A stretch of 55,928 nucleotides of DNA from an uncultured Bacteroidales bacterium (lineage in GTDB: Bacteria > Bacteroidota > Bacteroidia > Bacteroidales > Paludibacteraceae), in assembly GCA_946184695.1 (NCBI GenBank), contig CAMHGK010000001.1:1-55928 (forward strand). Direction: 5' to 3'. Numbering within the stretch: position 1 is the stretch's first letter; the number at the start of each line of letters is the position of its first letter. The translations under genes were made by a program, and so were the position numbers. Below, in pieces: positions 15,282 to 24,264 of the stretch. The notes under the pieces are model-generated. The model was not told the DNA's origin. It did no database searches and saw only the letters and a list, made by a program, of their open reading frames with translations.

Positions 15282-16607
15282 CTAACCTCTGCTTTTCTTG
15301 CGGTGCTGCTGAATGCGACGCTGGTTATTTTTGGTTACAACTCGCATAACGACAAAGCATACCAGCAACAGCACAACCACTACTACCACTATTATCATCG
15401 GCAGCGAGAGGTTGTCGCCTTTTACGCGATTCCACATTCTCACAAGATCTTCGCTCTTGTCGCCGGCGTCGTGCATGAGGGCACTGCGCTCTATGATGGA
15501 AAGGTCAGGATAAAGAACCTGATTCACATGGATAGCCTCTGCCCCCTCCGGAAAGAAATATGAGAGATTGGCAGTCTCTTCTATCTCGTCATCCTCAGCC
15601 CATTCGAGCACCTCAGGCGATGAGATAACCGACACGTAACCTATCTCCTCCATGTTGGCGATAGCGTTCTCAGGCAAACACATATAGTTAATGAACCACG
15701 ATGCAGCTTTGGGATTCTTTGCATAGATAGGTATGCACCAACCATCGAACCATACGTTGGTACCTTCCTCAGGCACTACATAGTCAAGCGTTACTCCTAC
15801 CTCACTTGCCTCGTCGATAGCCCATTGTGCATCGCCCGACCAACTAAGGTTGAGCCATGCCTTGCCTTTGGTCATCTCTTCCTTACCGAAATCCACTTCC
15901 CAGCCTGCCACGTTCTTCTTGGCCGCGGTCAGCACTTTCTCTACTGCCTCTATGCGCTCGGGAGTAATCTCACGAACAAGTTCGTCACGAGTGACCTTGC
16001 CGGCTGCTATCTCGTCGCGATAAGCGTAAAGGACTATCACTGAATACACATCGCGGAAGGCATCTTTCATGAATATCTTACCCTCGAACTTCTCATTTAA
16101 TATAGCGCCCCAACTGCGAAGCTCATCTTTGCTAACAAACGAAGGATTGTAGAGAAAACCTGTAGTTCCCCACATATATCCAACTGTATAGTCGCTCACC
16201 TGCACCTTGTCGCTCATCTGCTGGAATTTGTCAACCACAAACGGAGCCACGTTGTCGAAGTACTGCAGCGAGTCGGGAATTGAGGCCTTGTCGATTTTCT
16301 GCAACAGATTCTGTTTGAGCATGCGCTCTATTATATATTCCGACGGACAGATAACGTCGTAGTCCTCTTTACCCACTTCTATTTCAGTGAGCATTGACTC
16401 ATTGATGTCGAAAGTCTGGTAGATAACGCTAACTTCCTCTCCTGTCATTTTCTTATACCATTCTGGGAACGATTTGAGTACGTCCTCGTTGATATAATCA
16501 GCCCAGTTATACACCTTTAGTGTGTGGGCACGGTCGGCTGCCTGAGCCGAGAAAACACCGATGGTCAACATTGCAGCCATCAGCGCAAAAGAAAAGATCC
16601 TTTTCAT
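15282..16607 (-). CDS. PotD/PotF-family polyamine-type ABC substrate-binding protein with a C-terminal hydrophobic anchor
   Basis: Signal peptide MKRIFSFALMAAMLTIGVFSAQA, then LKVYNWADYINEDVL...VICPSEYIIERM, typical of the spermidine/putrescine SBP fold. The C-terminus is LPMIIVVVVVVLLLVCFVVMRVV followed by the basic tail TKNNQRRIQQHRKKSRG. No potABC genes are adjacent. Confidence 0.8.
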   Translation of the reverse strand: MKRIFSFALMAAMLTIGVFSAQAADRAHTLKVYNWADYINEDVLKSFPEWYKKMTGEEVSVIYQTFDINESMLTEIEVGKEDYDVICPSEYIIERMLKQNLLQKIDKASIPDSLQYFDNVAPFVVDKFQQMSDKVQVSDYTVGYMWGTTGFLYNPSFVSKDELRSWGAILNEKFEGKIFMKDAFRDVYSVIVLYAYRDEIAAGKVTRDELVREITPERIEAVEKVLTAAKKNVAGWEVDFGKEEMTKGKAWLNLSWSGDAQWAIDEASEVGVTLDYVVPEEGTNVWFDGWCIPIYAKNPKAASWFINYMCLPENAIANMEEIGYVSVISSPEVLEWAEDDEIEETANLSYFFPEGAEAIHVNQVLYPDLSIIERSALMHDAGDKSEDLVRMWNRVKGDNLSLPMIIVVVVVVLLLVCFVVMRVVTKNNQRRIQQHRKKSRG

Positions 16608-16678
16608 TTTTTCTAATTACAGTGTTTTGTTAAGTATAAAAAAATACGGCATCTCGTTGCTCAGAACGAAACACGCCG

Positions 16679-16710
16679 CAAAATTAAAAATTTTTAGCCA
16701 CCCTGCCAAA
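16679..16710 (-). promoter_or_regulatory. Promoter for the PotD-like gene (TTTG-N20-TAATTTTG, minus strand)
   Basis: Plus-strand caaa at 16707-16710 and caaaatta at 16679-16686. The -7 box lies 72 nt upstream of the ATG at 16607. Confidence 0.65.
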
Positions 16711-16799
16711 TTATTATGCATCAAAGTGCATTGCCTACATCAAGCAGATGACAGAAACCAACCGCTCTATTCAAACAAGGTCAATCTGACAAAACAGCT

Positions 16800-16829
16800 A
16801 AAAAAAAGAAGGGTTGTCTCCCGACAACC
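16800..16829 (-). terminator. Intrinsic terminator on the minus strand (7-bp stem plus U8)
   Basis: Minus strand reads ggttgtc-ggga-gacaacc-cttc-tttttttt (stem 16812-16818 / 16823-16829, T-run = plus-strand A-run 16800-16807). Confidence 0.6.
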
Positions 16830-16870
16830 ACAATCTTTCTTAACCTTAAATCTAATACCATGAAAAACAC
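16800..16870 (-). ncRNA. Candidate ~65-70-nt small transcript bounded by its own promoter and terminator
   Basis: A full-consensus promoter (16875-16906) is followed about 40 nt later by the terminator at 16800-16829. The PotD-like gene has a separate promoter further downstream. There is no homology evidence; this is inferred from signals only. Confidence 0.3.
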
Positions 16871-16874
16871 GGTG

Positions 16875-16906
16875 CAAAAGTACTACCTGTTTCCGACATG
16901 TGCAAA
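16875..16906 (-). promoter_or_regulatory. Orphan Bacteroidetes-type promoter (TTTG-N20-TACTTTTG, minus strand)
   Basis: Plus-strand caaa at 16903-16906 and caaaagta at 16875-16882. Confidence 0.6.
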
Positions 16907-17142
16907 TATATGTCAAAAAAATATGTTAAAAAGCATGAATTTCATACTTATTCAAGTGTTTTGATATCTCTACTTTACAAAACGCGATAGTTATGTATGC
17001 TTTTTGCTTGCTGTTCCTTATTTGTACAATAAGGCATTAAGAGCCACAAATAGCACATTGATTTTTTGCAAACTAAAATTTACAAACGGCTGAAAAGTAG
17101 CAATAATAGGTACAATTATTTTCCACTGATTAAGAAATTTCG

Positions 17143-17150
17143 TATCTTTG
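17143..17150 (+). promoter_or_regulatory. -7 box (TATCTTTG) upstream of pckA
   Basis: TATCTTTG lies 66 nt upstream of the ATG at 17216. No TTTG is present at the -33 spacing. Confidence 0.5.
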
Positions 17151-17215
17151 TACCCGTGCCTAAAGCTTATCATAAGTTAACAAGAGCAAAGTATAAACTA
17201 ATAAATATATACAAA

Positions 17216-18820
17216 ATGAAAAATTTAGATCTCAACAAGTACGGCATCAAAGATGCCAAAGTGAAGGCTTACAACCCTTCATACGAGTATCTCTTTGAAG
17301 AAGAGACCAATCCTCAGCTGACAGGTTACGAAAAAGGTCAGCTCACCGAGCTCGGTGCAGTGAACGTGATGACCGGTGTTTATACAGGTCGCTCGCCTAA
17401 GGATAAGTACATCGTTATGGACTCAAACTCAAAAGACACCGTTTGGTGGACTTCTGATGAGTACAAGAACGACAACCACCCGATGTCGGAAGCTGTTTGG
17501 GCAAAAGTAAAAGAGATGGCTGTCAAAGAGCTGAGCGGCAAAGAGCTTTACGTGGTTGACGCTTTCTGCGGAGCCAATAAGGACACTCGTATGGCAGTGC
17601 GCTTTATCGTAGAAGTAGCATGGCAGGCTCACTTCGTTCGCAATATGTTCATCAAACCCACAAAAGAAGAGGAAGAGAACTTCACTCCCGACTTTGTTAT
17701 CTACAATGCATCCCTTGCAAAGGTTGACAACTACAAAGAACTCGGACTCAACTCTGAGACCTGTGTTGCCTTCAACACCACTTCCCGCGAGCAAGTTATC
17801 CTGAATACATGGTACGGCGGCGAAATGAAGAAAGGTATGTTCTCAATGATGAACTACTACCTGCCTCTTCGCGGCATTGCTTCGATGCACTGCTCTGCCA
17901 ACACCGACATGGAGGGCAAGAACACCGCTATCTTCTTCGGTCTGTCTGGCACCGGCAAGACTACACTTTCTACCGATCCCAAGCGTCTGCTTATCGGCGA
18001 CGATGAGCACGGATGGGATGACAACGGAGTGTTCAACTTCGAGGGCGGCTGCTATGCCAAAGTTATCAACCTCGACAAAGAGTCGGAGCCTGATATCTAC
18101 AACGCTATCCGCCGCAACGCACTGTTGGAGAACGTCACCGTGGACGAGAACGGCAAGATCAACTTCGCCGACAAGTCGGTAACTGAGAACACCCGCGTTA
18201 GCTATCCTATCGACCATATCGAGAAGATTGTGCGCCCCATTTCTGCAGGTCCTGCTGCTGAGAACGTCATCTTCCTCTCTGCAGATGCTTTCGGCGTACT
18301 TCCTCCTGTAAGCATCCTTACTCCGGAACAGACCAAGTACTACTTCCTTAGCGGCTTTACAGCTAAGCTCGCCGGTACAGAGCGTGGTATCACCGAGCCC
18401 ACCCCGACCTTCTCTGCTTGCTTCGGTCAGGCTTTCCTCGAGTTGCATCCTACAAAGTATGCAGAGGAATTGGTTAAGAAGATGGAGAAGTCTGGTGCTA
18501 AGGCATACCTCGTTAACACCGGTTGGAACGGCACCGGCAAGCGTATCTCCATCCGCGACACACGCGGTATCATCGATGCTATACTCGACGGCTCTATCAA
18601 GTCAGCTCCGACGAAGAAGATTCCGTTCTTCGATTTCGAAGTGCCCACCGCACTGCCCGGCGTTGATCCTAAGATTCTCGATCCGCGCGACACCTATGCT
18701 GATGCAGCTCAGTGGGAAGAGAAGGCTAAAGACCTCGCTCAGCGCTTCCAAAAGAACTTCGTCAAGTACGAGGGCAACGCAGCCGGTAAGGCTTTGGTTG
18801 CAGCCGGTCCGAAACTCTAA
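17216..18820 (+). CDS. pckA: Phosphoenolpyruvate carboxykinase (ATP)
   Basis: [11 protein letters not shown] kinase-1a motif, GDDEHGW, and similarity throughout. The ORF-track start at 17066 is a TTG that would run through the promoter box. The ATG at 17216 ([11 protein letters not shown]...) gives the usual ~534 aa. Confidence 0.95.
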   Translation: MKNLDLNKYGIKDAKVKAYNPSYEYLFEEETNPQLTGYEKGQLTELGAVNVMTGVYTGRSPKDKYIVMDSNSKDTVWWTSDEYKNDNHPMSEAVWAKVKEMAVKELSGKELYVVDAFCGANKDTRMAVRFIVEVAWQAHFVRNMFIKPTKEEEENFTPDFVIYNASLAKVDNYKELGLNSETCVAFNTTSREQVILNTWYGGEMKKGMFSMMNYYLPLRGIASMHCSANTDMEGKNTAIFFGLSGTGKTTLSTDPKRLLIGDDEHGWDDNGVFNFEGGCYAKVINLDKESEPDIYNAIRRNALLENVTVDENGKINFADKSVTENTRVSYPIDHIEKIVRPISAGPAAENVIFLSADAFGVLPPVSILTPEQTKYYFLSGFTAKLAGTERGITEPTPTFSACFGQAFLELHPTKYAEELVKKMEKSGAKAYLVNTGWNGTGKRISIRDTRGIIDAILDGSIKSAPTKKIPFFDFEVPTALPGVDPKILDPRDTYADAAQWEEKAKDLAQRFQKNFVKYEGNAAGKALVAAGPKL

Positions 18821-18822
18821 CT

Positions 18823-18850
18823 AATGCATAATGCATAATGAGTAATAAAA
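18823..18850 (+). repeat. Heptamer array (AATGCAT AATGCAT AATGAGT AATAAAA), 2 nt after the pckA stop
   Basis: This is the same AATGCAT unit as the array after obg (14905-14939). Confidence 0.85.
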
Positions 18851-18888
18851 GATGCTGCCTGACAAGTTTGTCGGGCAGCATCTTTTTT
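18851..18888 (+). terminator. Rho-independent terminator of pckA (13-bp stem plus T6)
   Basis: gatgctgcctgac (18851-18863), loop aagttt, gtcgggcagcatc (18870-18882) with one G-U pair, then tttttt (18883-18888). Confidence 0.85.
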
Positions 18889-18927
18889 AGAAACGGTGTC
18901 TCTTATAGTATTTTAGTTGCTTTAGTC

Positions 18928-19686
18928 TTATTTCCTGTACTTCAAAAAGCCGTTGAGTGCCCAGCAACACAGATAATAGAGACTCTTTACCACGCTCAGT
19001 TTCTCAGCCTTGCGATAGACGAGATACTGCGGTCGGATAACCTTACGCTTGTTGCGCGAGACGGAGGACCCCAAGATACGGTAAGAACCTACTATCTGCT
19101 GATTACCATAGGCGCGGTCGGTCTTTTTGAGAATCTCAAGCCACAGCACATGGTCATCGCGAAGCGAGCGAAACTCCTCCCTGAGATAGACCTTGCCGAA
19201 AGGTTTGGTATCGTAAAGCGCCGTTAGGCAGGTTATATAGCACGAGCGTAGCAGGTCCTTGTAGGTTATCGACTCAGGCGGATAGAATGGGCGCATCGTC
19301 TCGTTGCCATCAGCGTCAATGCGCCGGTGTGCACCATATACAAGTATAGTATTTTTCTCGTGCATCAGTTGCAGTTGCAACTTTAGAAAGTCAGGCTCCC
19401 ATAGGTCGTCAGCATCAAGCAGAGCTATATATCTGCCTTCGGCACGACGGATACCGTTATTTCGGGCTGCAGCACTACCGGCATTCTTTTGCGATACGAC
19501 CTTAATGCGCGGGTCGTGCTCGGAAAAAGACAAGGCTATCAGTTCGCTCTTGTCTGAAGATCCATCGTTGACGATTATCATCTCCCAATCGGTATAAGTC
19601 TGAGCAAGAACCGATTGTATGGTGAGCGGCAGAAAACGCTCACCGTTATATACGGGTGTAATAATACTTACTTTAGTGTCAATCAT
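18928..19686 (-). CDS. Family 2 glycosyltransferase
   Basis: VSIITPVYNGERFL...IVNDGSSD...LDADD is the GT-A/GT2 signature. Confidence 0.85.
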   Translation of the reverse strand: MIDTKVSIITPVYNGERFLPLTIQSVLAQTYTDWEMIIVNDGSSDKSELIALSFSEHDPRIKVVSQKNAGSAAARNNGIRRAEGRYIALLDADDLWEPDFLKLQLQLMHEKNTILVYGAHRRIDADGNETMRPFYPPESITYKDLLRSCYITCLTALYDTKPFGKVYLREEFRSLRDDHVLWLEILKKTDRAYGNQQIVGSYRILGSSVSRNKRKVIRPQYLVYRKAEKLSVVKSLYYLCCWALNGFLKYRK

Positions 19687-19766
19687 GATTGTTGTTTATT
19701 CAATTGTCATTAGTCAGGGATTGCGCGAATCTCTGCCATAATGTAATTTAATGATTTCCTATTTCC

Positions 19767-20492
19767 CTATTTTCCACTTTTTGTTTTGAATTTCATCACA
19801 TTCCATAGCACCACCACTCGGCTCCAGCATTTTAACCACAACGGGCGTTTACTTCGTTTGAGCAGTGACTGGCTGAGGTTGGTATGTGCAAGATCATGGC
19901 GCCGATAAAGCAGATACGGCTCGTGCAAAAAGAGGATTCTCTTTCCAAGTGCCTCAGCCACTAATCCAAGCCATATATCGTGTCCTATCTCTTGGGTCCG
20001 GGGCAGAGGCAAAGCAGCCTGCATGAGATCTCTGCGGAATGCCATACATGCCCCGAAATAGGTGTTGTTAATTGCATTTTTCAAAAGTCCTTTGCCGGAA
20101 TGGTAAAAGTCAAAAAACGATTCTGAGATGACATTCAGGTCAGAGTCGCATAATCGGCTGTCGTGCACCACGAGGTCGTAGTCTTGAAGCAGCAGCATGC
20201 AACGCTCCACCTTATTCTCGATCCATACGTCATCCTGGTCTGAAAGGAAAATGAAGTCACCCTTAGCATGAAGCATAGCATTCTGAAAGTTCCACTTGAA
20301 GTTATGCGAGTCGTTATGCAGGAGCCTAATACGCGGGTCGTGAAAACTCTCTACAAGCCGACAAGTAGCATCGGTTGAACCATCATCAGAAACAATGACC
20401 TCTGCATCTTCAGGCAATTGACTGAGAATAGAACGCAATTGCTCGCTGATGTATCTCTCACCATTGTATGTAGCCATACACACGCTAATCAT
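19767..20492 (-). CDS. Family 2 glycosyltransferase
   Basis: ISVCMATYNGERYI...VSDDGSTD...SDQDD. Its ATG overlaps the stop of the upstream gene (ATGA). Confidence 0.85.
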   Translation of the reverse strand: MISVCMATYNGERYISEQLRSILSQLPEDAEVIVSDDGSTDATCRLVESFHDPRIRLLHNDSHNFKWNFQNAMLHAKGDFIFLSDQDDVWIENKVERCMLLLQDYDLVVHDSRLCDSDLNVISESFFDFYHSGKGLLKNAINNTYFGACMAFRRDLMQAALPLPRTQEIGHDIWLGLVAEALGKRILFLHEPYLLYRRHDLAHTNLSQSLLKRSKRPLWLKCWSRVVVLWNVMKFKTKSGK

Positions 20493-21502
20493 AACGCATC
20501 CTCTATTGCTTTATAGGCACTACTTATCTCATCCCAGCTGCGCGGCACGTTACAGCTGACATACTCAAGCAGTCGTTTTTGTACGTTGTTCAGTTTCTGC
20601 TCATCGGATAACAGATCAAGAATAACTCTGCCGGCTGATTGTTTGGTGCTGAGTACTATATTCTCGCGTTGCGAAGCAGTAGTAAATTGTCCTTCTTCGC
20701 TCACCACAACGCAACCATTTACAGCTGCAGCAAGAAATGAACCTCGACGCTCTGATAATCCATCAGGATAAGGCAGATAAGCTATCTTGGTGTGATTGAG
20801 CATATCTGACACCTCATCGCTGCTTTTATCTCCGAAATACTCTATCCCTTCTGCTTTAAGACGCTCAAGCATCGGCTCATAGAACGATGCATATTCGGGT
20901 TGGGTCTGTCCCATCACGTATATTCTGAGTGAAGGATGTTCTTTTCTGAGTCTCGATACCACGTCCACAAAAACTTCCAACCCCTTCAATGGACGAATAT
21001 AGCCGAAATAACATATATCCCACCCGCGTTCAGCGGCAGTTGCAGGACAAGCTGAGGCAGGTATGTTTGAGTTGATCTTAATAATCGATGTATGCCTTAG
21101 CAGCGGATTTCTCTTCTTAGCTGCATCGCGCTCAAATTCAGTAGTAAAGACAACCATCGAAGCAAAAAAGAACAAGAGTTTCAGTGCGAGTTTTCCCTTC
21201 CAACCGAGCTGAGAGTACTCATGAATGGTAAGTATGAGCTTTCGCCTTTCAAATACTACAGCATAAATAGCAAGCAGATGAGGTGTTATCTGCGTACCAT
21301 AGCCCATAGTAGGATACTGAAGACATACCACTCTGTCGGTGGTTGACTTGAGCTTACGGCACAACTGACCAAGGTTGCTCAGTCGCCAATCTCTCTGATA
21401 AAACAGCGACCAGCTCGAAGCCGCAGAAGTGCTGAGAATACGCTGAGTGTAGTCACCCACACCGCAACGCTGAGGTGGATATGTTCCGGTTATTATAAGC
21501 AT
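20489..21502 (-). CDS. GT4/GT1-family (GT-B fold) glycosyltransferase
   Basis: MLIITGTYPPQRCGVGDY... N-terminus, with a C-terminal half matching the glycosyl transferase group 1 pattern. The ORF-track start at 21520 is a TTG; the ATG at 21502 is preferred. Confidence 0.75.
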   Translation of the reverse strand: MLIITGTYPPQRCGVGDYTQRILSTSAASSWSLFYQRDWRLSNLGQLCRKLKSTTDRVVCLQYPTMGYGTQITPHLLAIYAVVFERRKLILTIHEYSQLGWKGKLALKLLFFFASMVVFTTEFERDAAKKRNPLLRHTSIIKINSNIPASACPATAAERGWDICYFGYIRPLKGLEVFVDVVSRLRKEHPSLRIYVMGQTQPEYASFYEPMLERLKAEGIEYFGDKSSDEVSDMLNHTKIAYLPYPDGLSERRGSFLAAAVNGCVVVSEEGQFTTASQRENIVLSTKQSAGRVILDLLSDEQKLNNVQKRLLEYVSCNVPRSWDEISSAYKAIEDAL

Positions 21503-22377
21503 GCGAGAGTGTATTTCCAAAATTCTTTTTTCTGCTTATTACCCGTCAGGGTAAAAAACAATGTCCTTATAAGACTGCTAAACCACAATATGCAGTTCGC
21601 CATATAATGCTCGACTGGGGCGCAACATTTCCTGAGATAAATATCTCTTGAGCGCATCATGTATTTCTGTCTCAGCCTCAACTTGTCAATAGTAGAGCCT
21701 TCCAAATGAATAATCTTTGCCTTGGGTACGCTTACGATATCGTAGCCTGCCTTACTTATCCGATAGCACAACTCGGTCTCCTCGTAGAACAGGAAAAAAT
21801 CCTCGCTCATACCTCCGAGTTGTTCGAGCAGTTGGCGCCTTACCATTAGATCGGCTCCCATTATGTATGCCACTTTCTTTGTCCGGCCGGTGAAATTATG
21901 CTCGTGTGAACCATGGTGTTTTTTCTTCAACCAGAAATACGAGAACAAGGCATGCCACTCCATCTTAGCCCCTGGAAACAGTGTCCAATATGAAAACTGC
22001 GGATTCATTTGTTTGTCGAACAGATTAGCTCCGCAAGCCCCTACCTTAGGATTCTCGTCAAGGTATTTCGACAAGACTCCGACGGCATCACCTAAAACCT
22101 CTGTATCGGGATTCAAAAACAGTACGTACTTGCCATGTGCTACGTGCCAACCGGCATTATTAGCAGCAGCAAAACCCATATTTTCGGGCATCATAAGCAG
22201 TTTCAAATCGTCGCCGTATAGCGATTTGAGATTTTCTGCACTGCCATCAGATGAACAATTATCCACTACAATAACCTCGCAACGACTTCTATCGGTAGTT
22301 TGCATAACGGCACGGACGGCATTTGCCACCACAGTTCCTCCATTGTAGTTGACTATTATAACCGATACCTCCGTCAT
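21493..22377 (-). CDS. Family 2 glycosyltransferase (rhamnosyltransferase-like)
   Basis: VSVIIVNYNG...VVDNCSSDGS...LNPDT. Confidence 0.85.
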   Translation of the reverse strand: MTEVSVIIVNYNGGTVVANAVRAVMQTTDRSRCEVIVVDNCSSDGSAENLKSLYGDDLKLLMMPENMGFAAANNAGWHVAHGKYVLFLNPDTEVLGDAVGVLSKYLDENPKVGACGANLFDKQMNPQFSYWTLFPGAKMEWHALFSYFWLKKKHHGSHEHNFTGRTKKVAYIMGADLMVRRQLLEQLGGMSEDFFLFYEETELCYRISKAGYDIVSVPKAKIIHLEGSTIDKLRLRQKYMMRSRDIYLRKCCAPVEHYMANCILWFSSLIRTLFFTLTGNKQKKEFWKYTLACL

Positions 22378-23582
22378 AACTTATTACTGCTGTCTTTCAT
22401 GTAGTCCTCGCGCCAAAAACGTAAAGCTATTTTCATTTGCCGGTCGCGTATGTCGTCGGCAGGATAGCGTCTGAGCTGAAGAATTGTGCTCGATTTAGCA
22501 ACGGGTGCATGAAGACGCTTGGCGCCGTTGATATATCCGATGGTGGAGTGCGAGAAGTATAGTATCAAGAGCACTGCCACAGCCTGACGCATGACGGCAC
22601 TATATGGCACCTCGCTAACCGACTCGCTGTCGCAAGTAAGCCCGATGACATAGCATACAATAAACGGCAGAAAATATGAACGCACACGGTTGATGAGGAA
22701 GAAATACTGATAGAATGCTACAATGAGCATCATTCCTATCAGTGTTTCTATAGCCAACCATGTATAATTCTGACGACTGTGCGGAGTGGTGTGAATACTT
22801 ATCAGTGCCAACACCGAAAGGTAAATCAGCGCTACCACTTGCAACTGTCTGCCGAGTAGCAGGTGGTGCCTTAACGAACTAACATACGACGCCGGCAACG
22901 GCAGATGTGACAAAATCGGCCCTGCCACCTTTGCTACCGGCACCAACATGAGCCCCATCAGCACAACTATAAGCACGTTGTAAAGGGTATCGTTCTGGCG
23001 GCAGCCATAAAGCAGTACTCCCATCAAGGTGAGCGCTACGGGTATAAATCCGGACTTATGGGTAATCACCACAGCCATGGCAAACACAAGGCTCAGAATA
23101 TACTTTTTCTTGAGGAGGAGCAATATAGTAAAGATGAATAGCGCCACAGCCAAGCACTGGCGATTCTCAGCACATATCAGGTTGTAATCAAACAAGATAA
23201 TACAACTTAGTGCAAAAGGCTGATGAGATTTAAGATTACTGAGTAAGCATGCCAACGATGCAAAATAGAGAGTGGTGATGACGGCTGTCATTCCCCAATA
23301 GCTCACTCCTGCCCAATGCAGTACACTGCAAAAGTACTCATAGCCCGGCTCAAACCGCATATTGCCAAACGCTAAATTCGATGGTGAAGGTATTTTTTCG
23401 TAATGAGGAACATAGGTATATATGTCCGGGCCGTAATAATAGCGTATTACAAAGAGCACATATAGCACCACAAGGCAAATATAATATATCTGCCGCTGCA
23501 TGACACGTTGACGAGCAGTGATCAGGTCAATCACTGCAAAACATATCGCCACTATCATGATAAAGGCCAAATAGTTCTCCAT
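22374..23582 (-). CDS. EpsG-family / O-antigen-polymerase-like polytopic membrane protein
   Basis: About 10-12 predicted hydrophobic helices, in first position of the glycosyltransferase cluster. The ATG at 23582 (MENYLAFIM...) is preferred, because the TTG at 23639 falls inside the predicted -7 box. Confidence 0.7.
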   Translation of the reverse strand: MENYLAFIMIVAICFAVIDLITARQRVMQRQIYYICLVVLYVLFVIRYYYGPDIYTYVPHYEKIPSPSNLAFGNMRFEPGYEYFCSVLHWAGVSYWGMTAVITTLYFASLACLLSNLKSHQPFALSCIILFDYNLICAENRQCLAVALFIFTILLLLKKKYILSLVFAMAVVITHKSGFIPVALTLMGVLLYGCRQNDTLYNVLIVVLMGLMLVPVAKVAGPILSHLPLPASYVSSLRHHLLLGRQLQVVALIYLSVLALISIHTTPHSRQNYTWLAIETLIGMMLIVAFYQYFFLINRVRSYFLPFIVCYVIGLTCDSESVSEVPYSAVMRQAVAVLLILYFSHSTIGYINGAKRLHAPVAKSSTILQLRRYPADDIRDRQMKIALRFWREDYMKDSSNKL

Positions 23583-23636
23583 GATACTATTTCCCGTTTC
23601 AGTCTGAGGTGAGCTGAACAAACCCGAAAGGGACTG

Positions 23637-23644
23637 CAAAATTA
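23637..23644 (-). promoter_or_regulatory. -7 box (TAATTTTG, minus strand) for the glycan cluster
   Basis: Plus-strand caaaatta, 55 nt upstream of the ATG at 23582. No -33 TTTG is present at the consensus spacing. Confidence 0.45.
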
Positions 23645-23670
23645 GTTAAAAATCGTTGAATATACAATAA

Positions 23671-23699
23671 AGCCCGAAACTTTCTTTTAGCTTCGGGCT
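23671..23699 (-). terminator. Hairpin downstream of rpsP
   Basis: agcccgaa (23671-23678) pairs with ttcgggct (23692-23699): an 8-bp perfect stem with a 13-nt loop. On the minus strand it is followed by ttattgtat. Confidence 0.5.
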
Positions 23700-23727
23700 A
23701 TAAGAGACTACTTTAGCCTCAATGTTG

Positions 23728-24264
23728 TTATTCAGCAGCTGCCTCAGTAGCCGGTGCCTCTGTAGCTGCCTCAGCAGCCTTAGCTGCAGCTTCGGCCTCG
23801 ATGGCTGCTTGGCGCTTCTCTGCTACCTGCTGAGCCTTAGCCTTGTTGCTCTCTACTTCCTGAGCATGAGCTTTCTTGTCGGCTGCCGCCTTCTTGTCTG
23901 CCTCAGCCTTGCATACCTTGCCGAGTTTAGCATCTCTCTCTGCTTTCCAAGCCTCGAACTTACGCTTTGCCTCTTCCTCGCTGAAGGCGCCTTTCTTAAC
24001 GCCACCAAGAAGGTGCTTCCAAAGGAGCACACCCTCACCGGAGAGGATGTTGCGAGCGGTATCAGTAGGCTGAGCACCTACGCCTACCCAATAGCAGGCA
24101 CGCTCGAAGTTGAGATCTACTGTTGCAGGATTGGTGTTGGGGTTGTACGAGCCGATACGCTCGATAAACTTACCGTCGCGAGGAGCGCGACTGTCGGCTA
24201 CTACGATGTGGTAGTATGCATAGTCCTTATGACCATGACGAGCCAAACGAATCTTTGTTGCCAT
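23728..24264 (-). CDS. rpsP: 30S ribosomal protein S16 with a long Ala/Lys/Glu-rich C-terminal extension
   Basis: [42 protein letters not shown]... is canonical S16. About 90 extra residues ([19 protein letters not shown]...[16 protein letters not shown]) follow. Confidence 0.93.
   Translation of the reverse strand: MATKIRLARHGHKDYAYYHIVVADSRAPRDGKFIERIGSYNPNTNPATVDLNFERACYWVGVGAQPTDTARNILSGEGVLLWKHLLGGVKKGAFSEEEAKRKFEAWKAERDAKLGKVCKAEADKKAAADKKAHAQEVESNKAKAQQVAEKRQAAIEAEAAAKAAEAATEAPATEAAAE

Noticed and set aside
16561-16863. 100-aa plus-strand ORF in the PotD-like / pckA intergenic region
   Set aside because: It starts inside the PotD-like coding sequence on the opposite strand. It then runs across two predicted minus-strand promoters and a terminator, and it has no protein-like features.
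7721-18850. Short tandem arrays considered as a possible CRISPR or mini-CRISPR
   Set aside because: The units are 7-10 bp and contiguous, with no spacers. They are scattered at separate gene ends, and there are no cas genes in the window.
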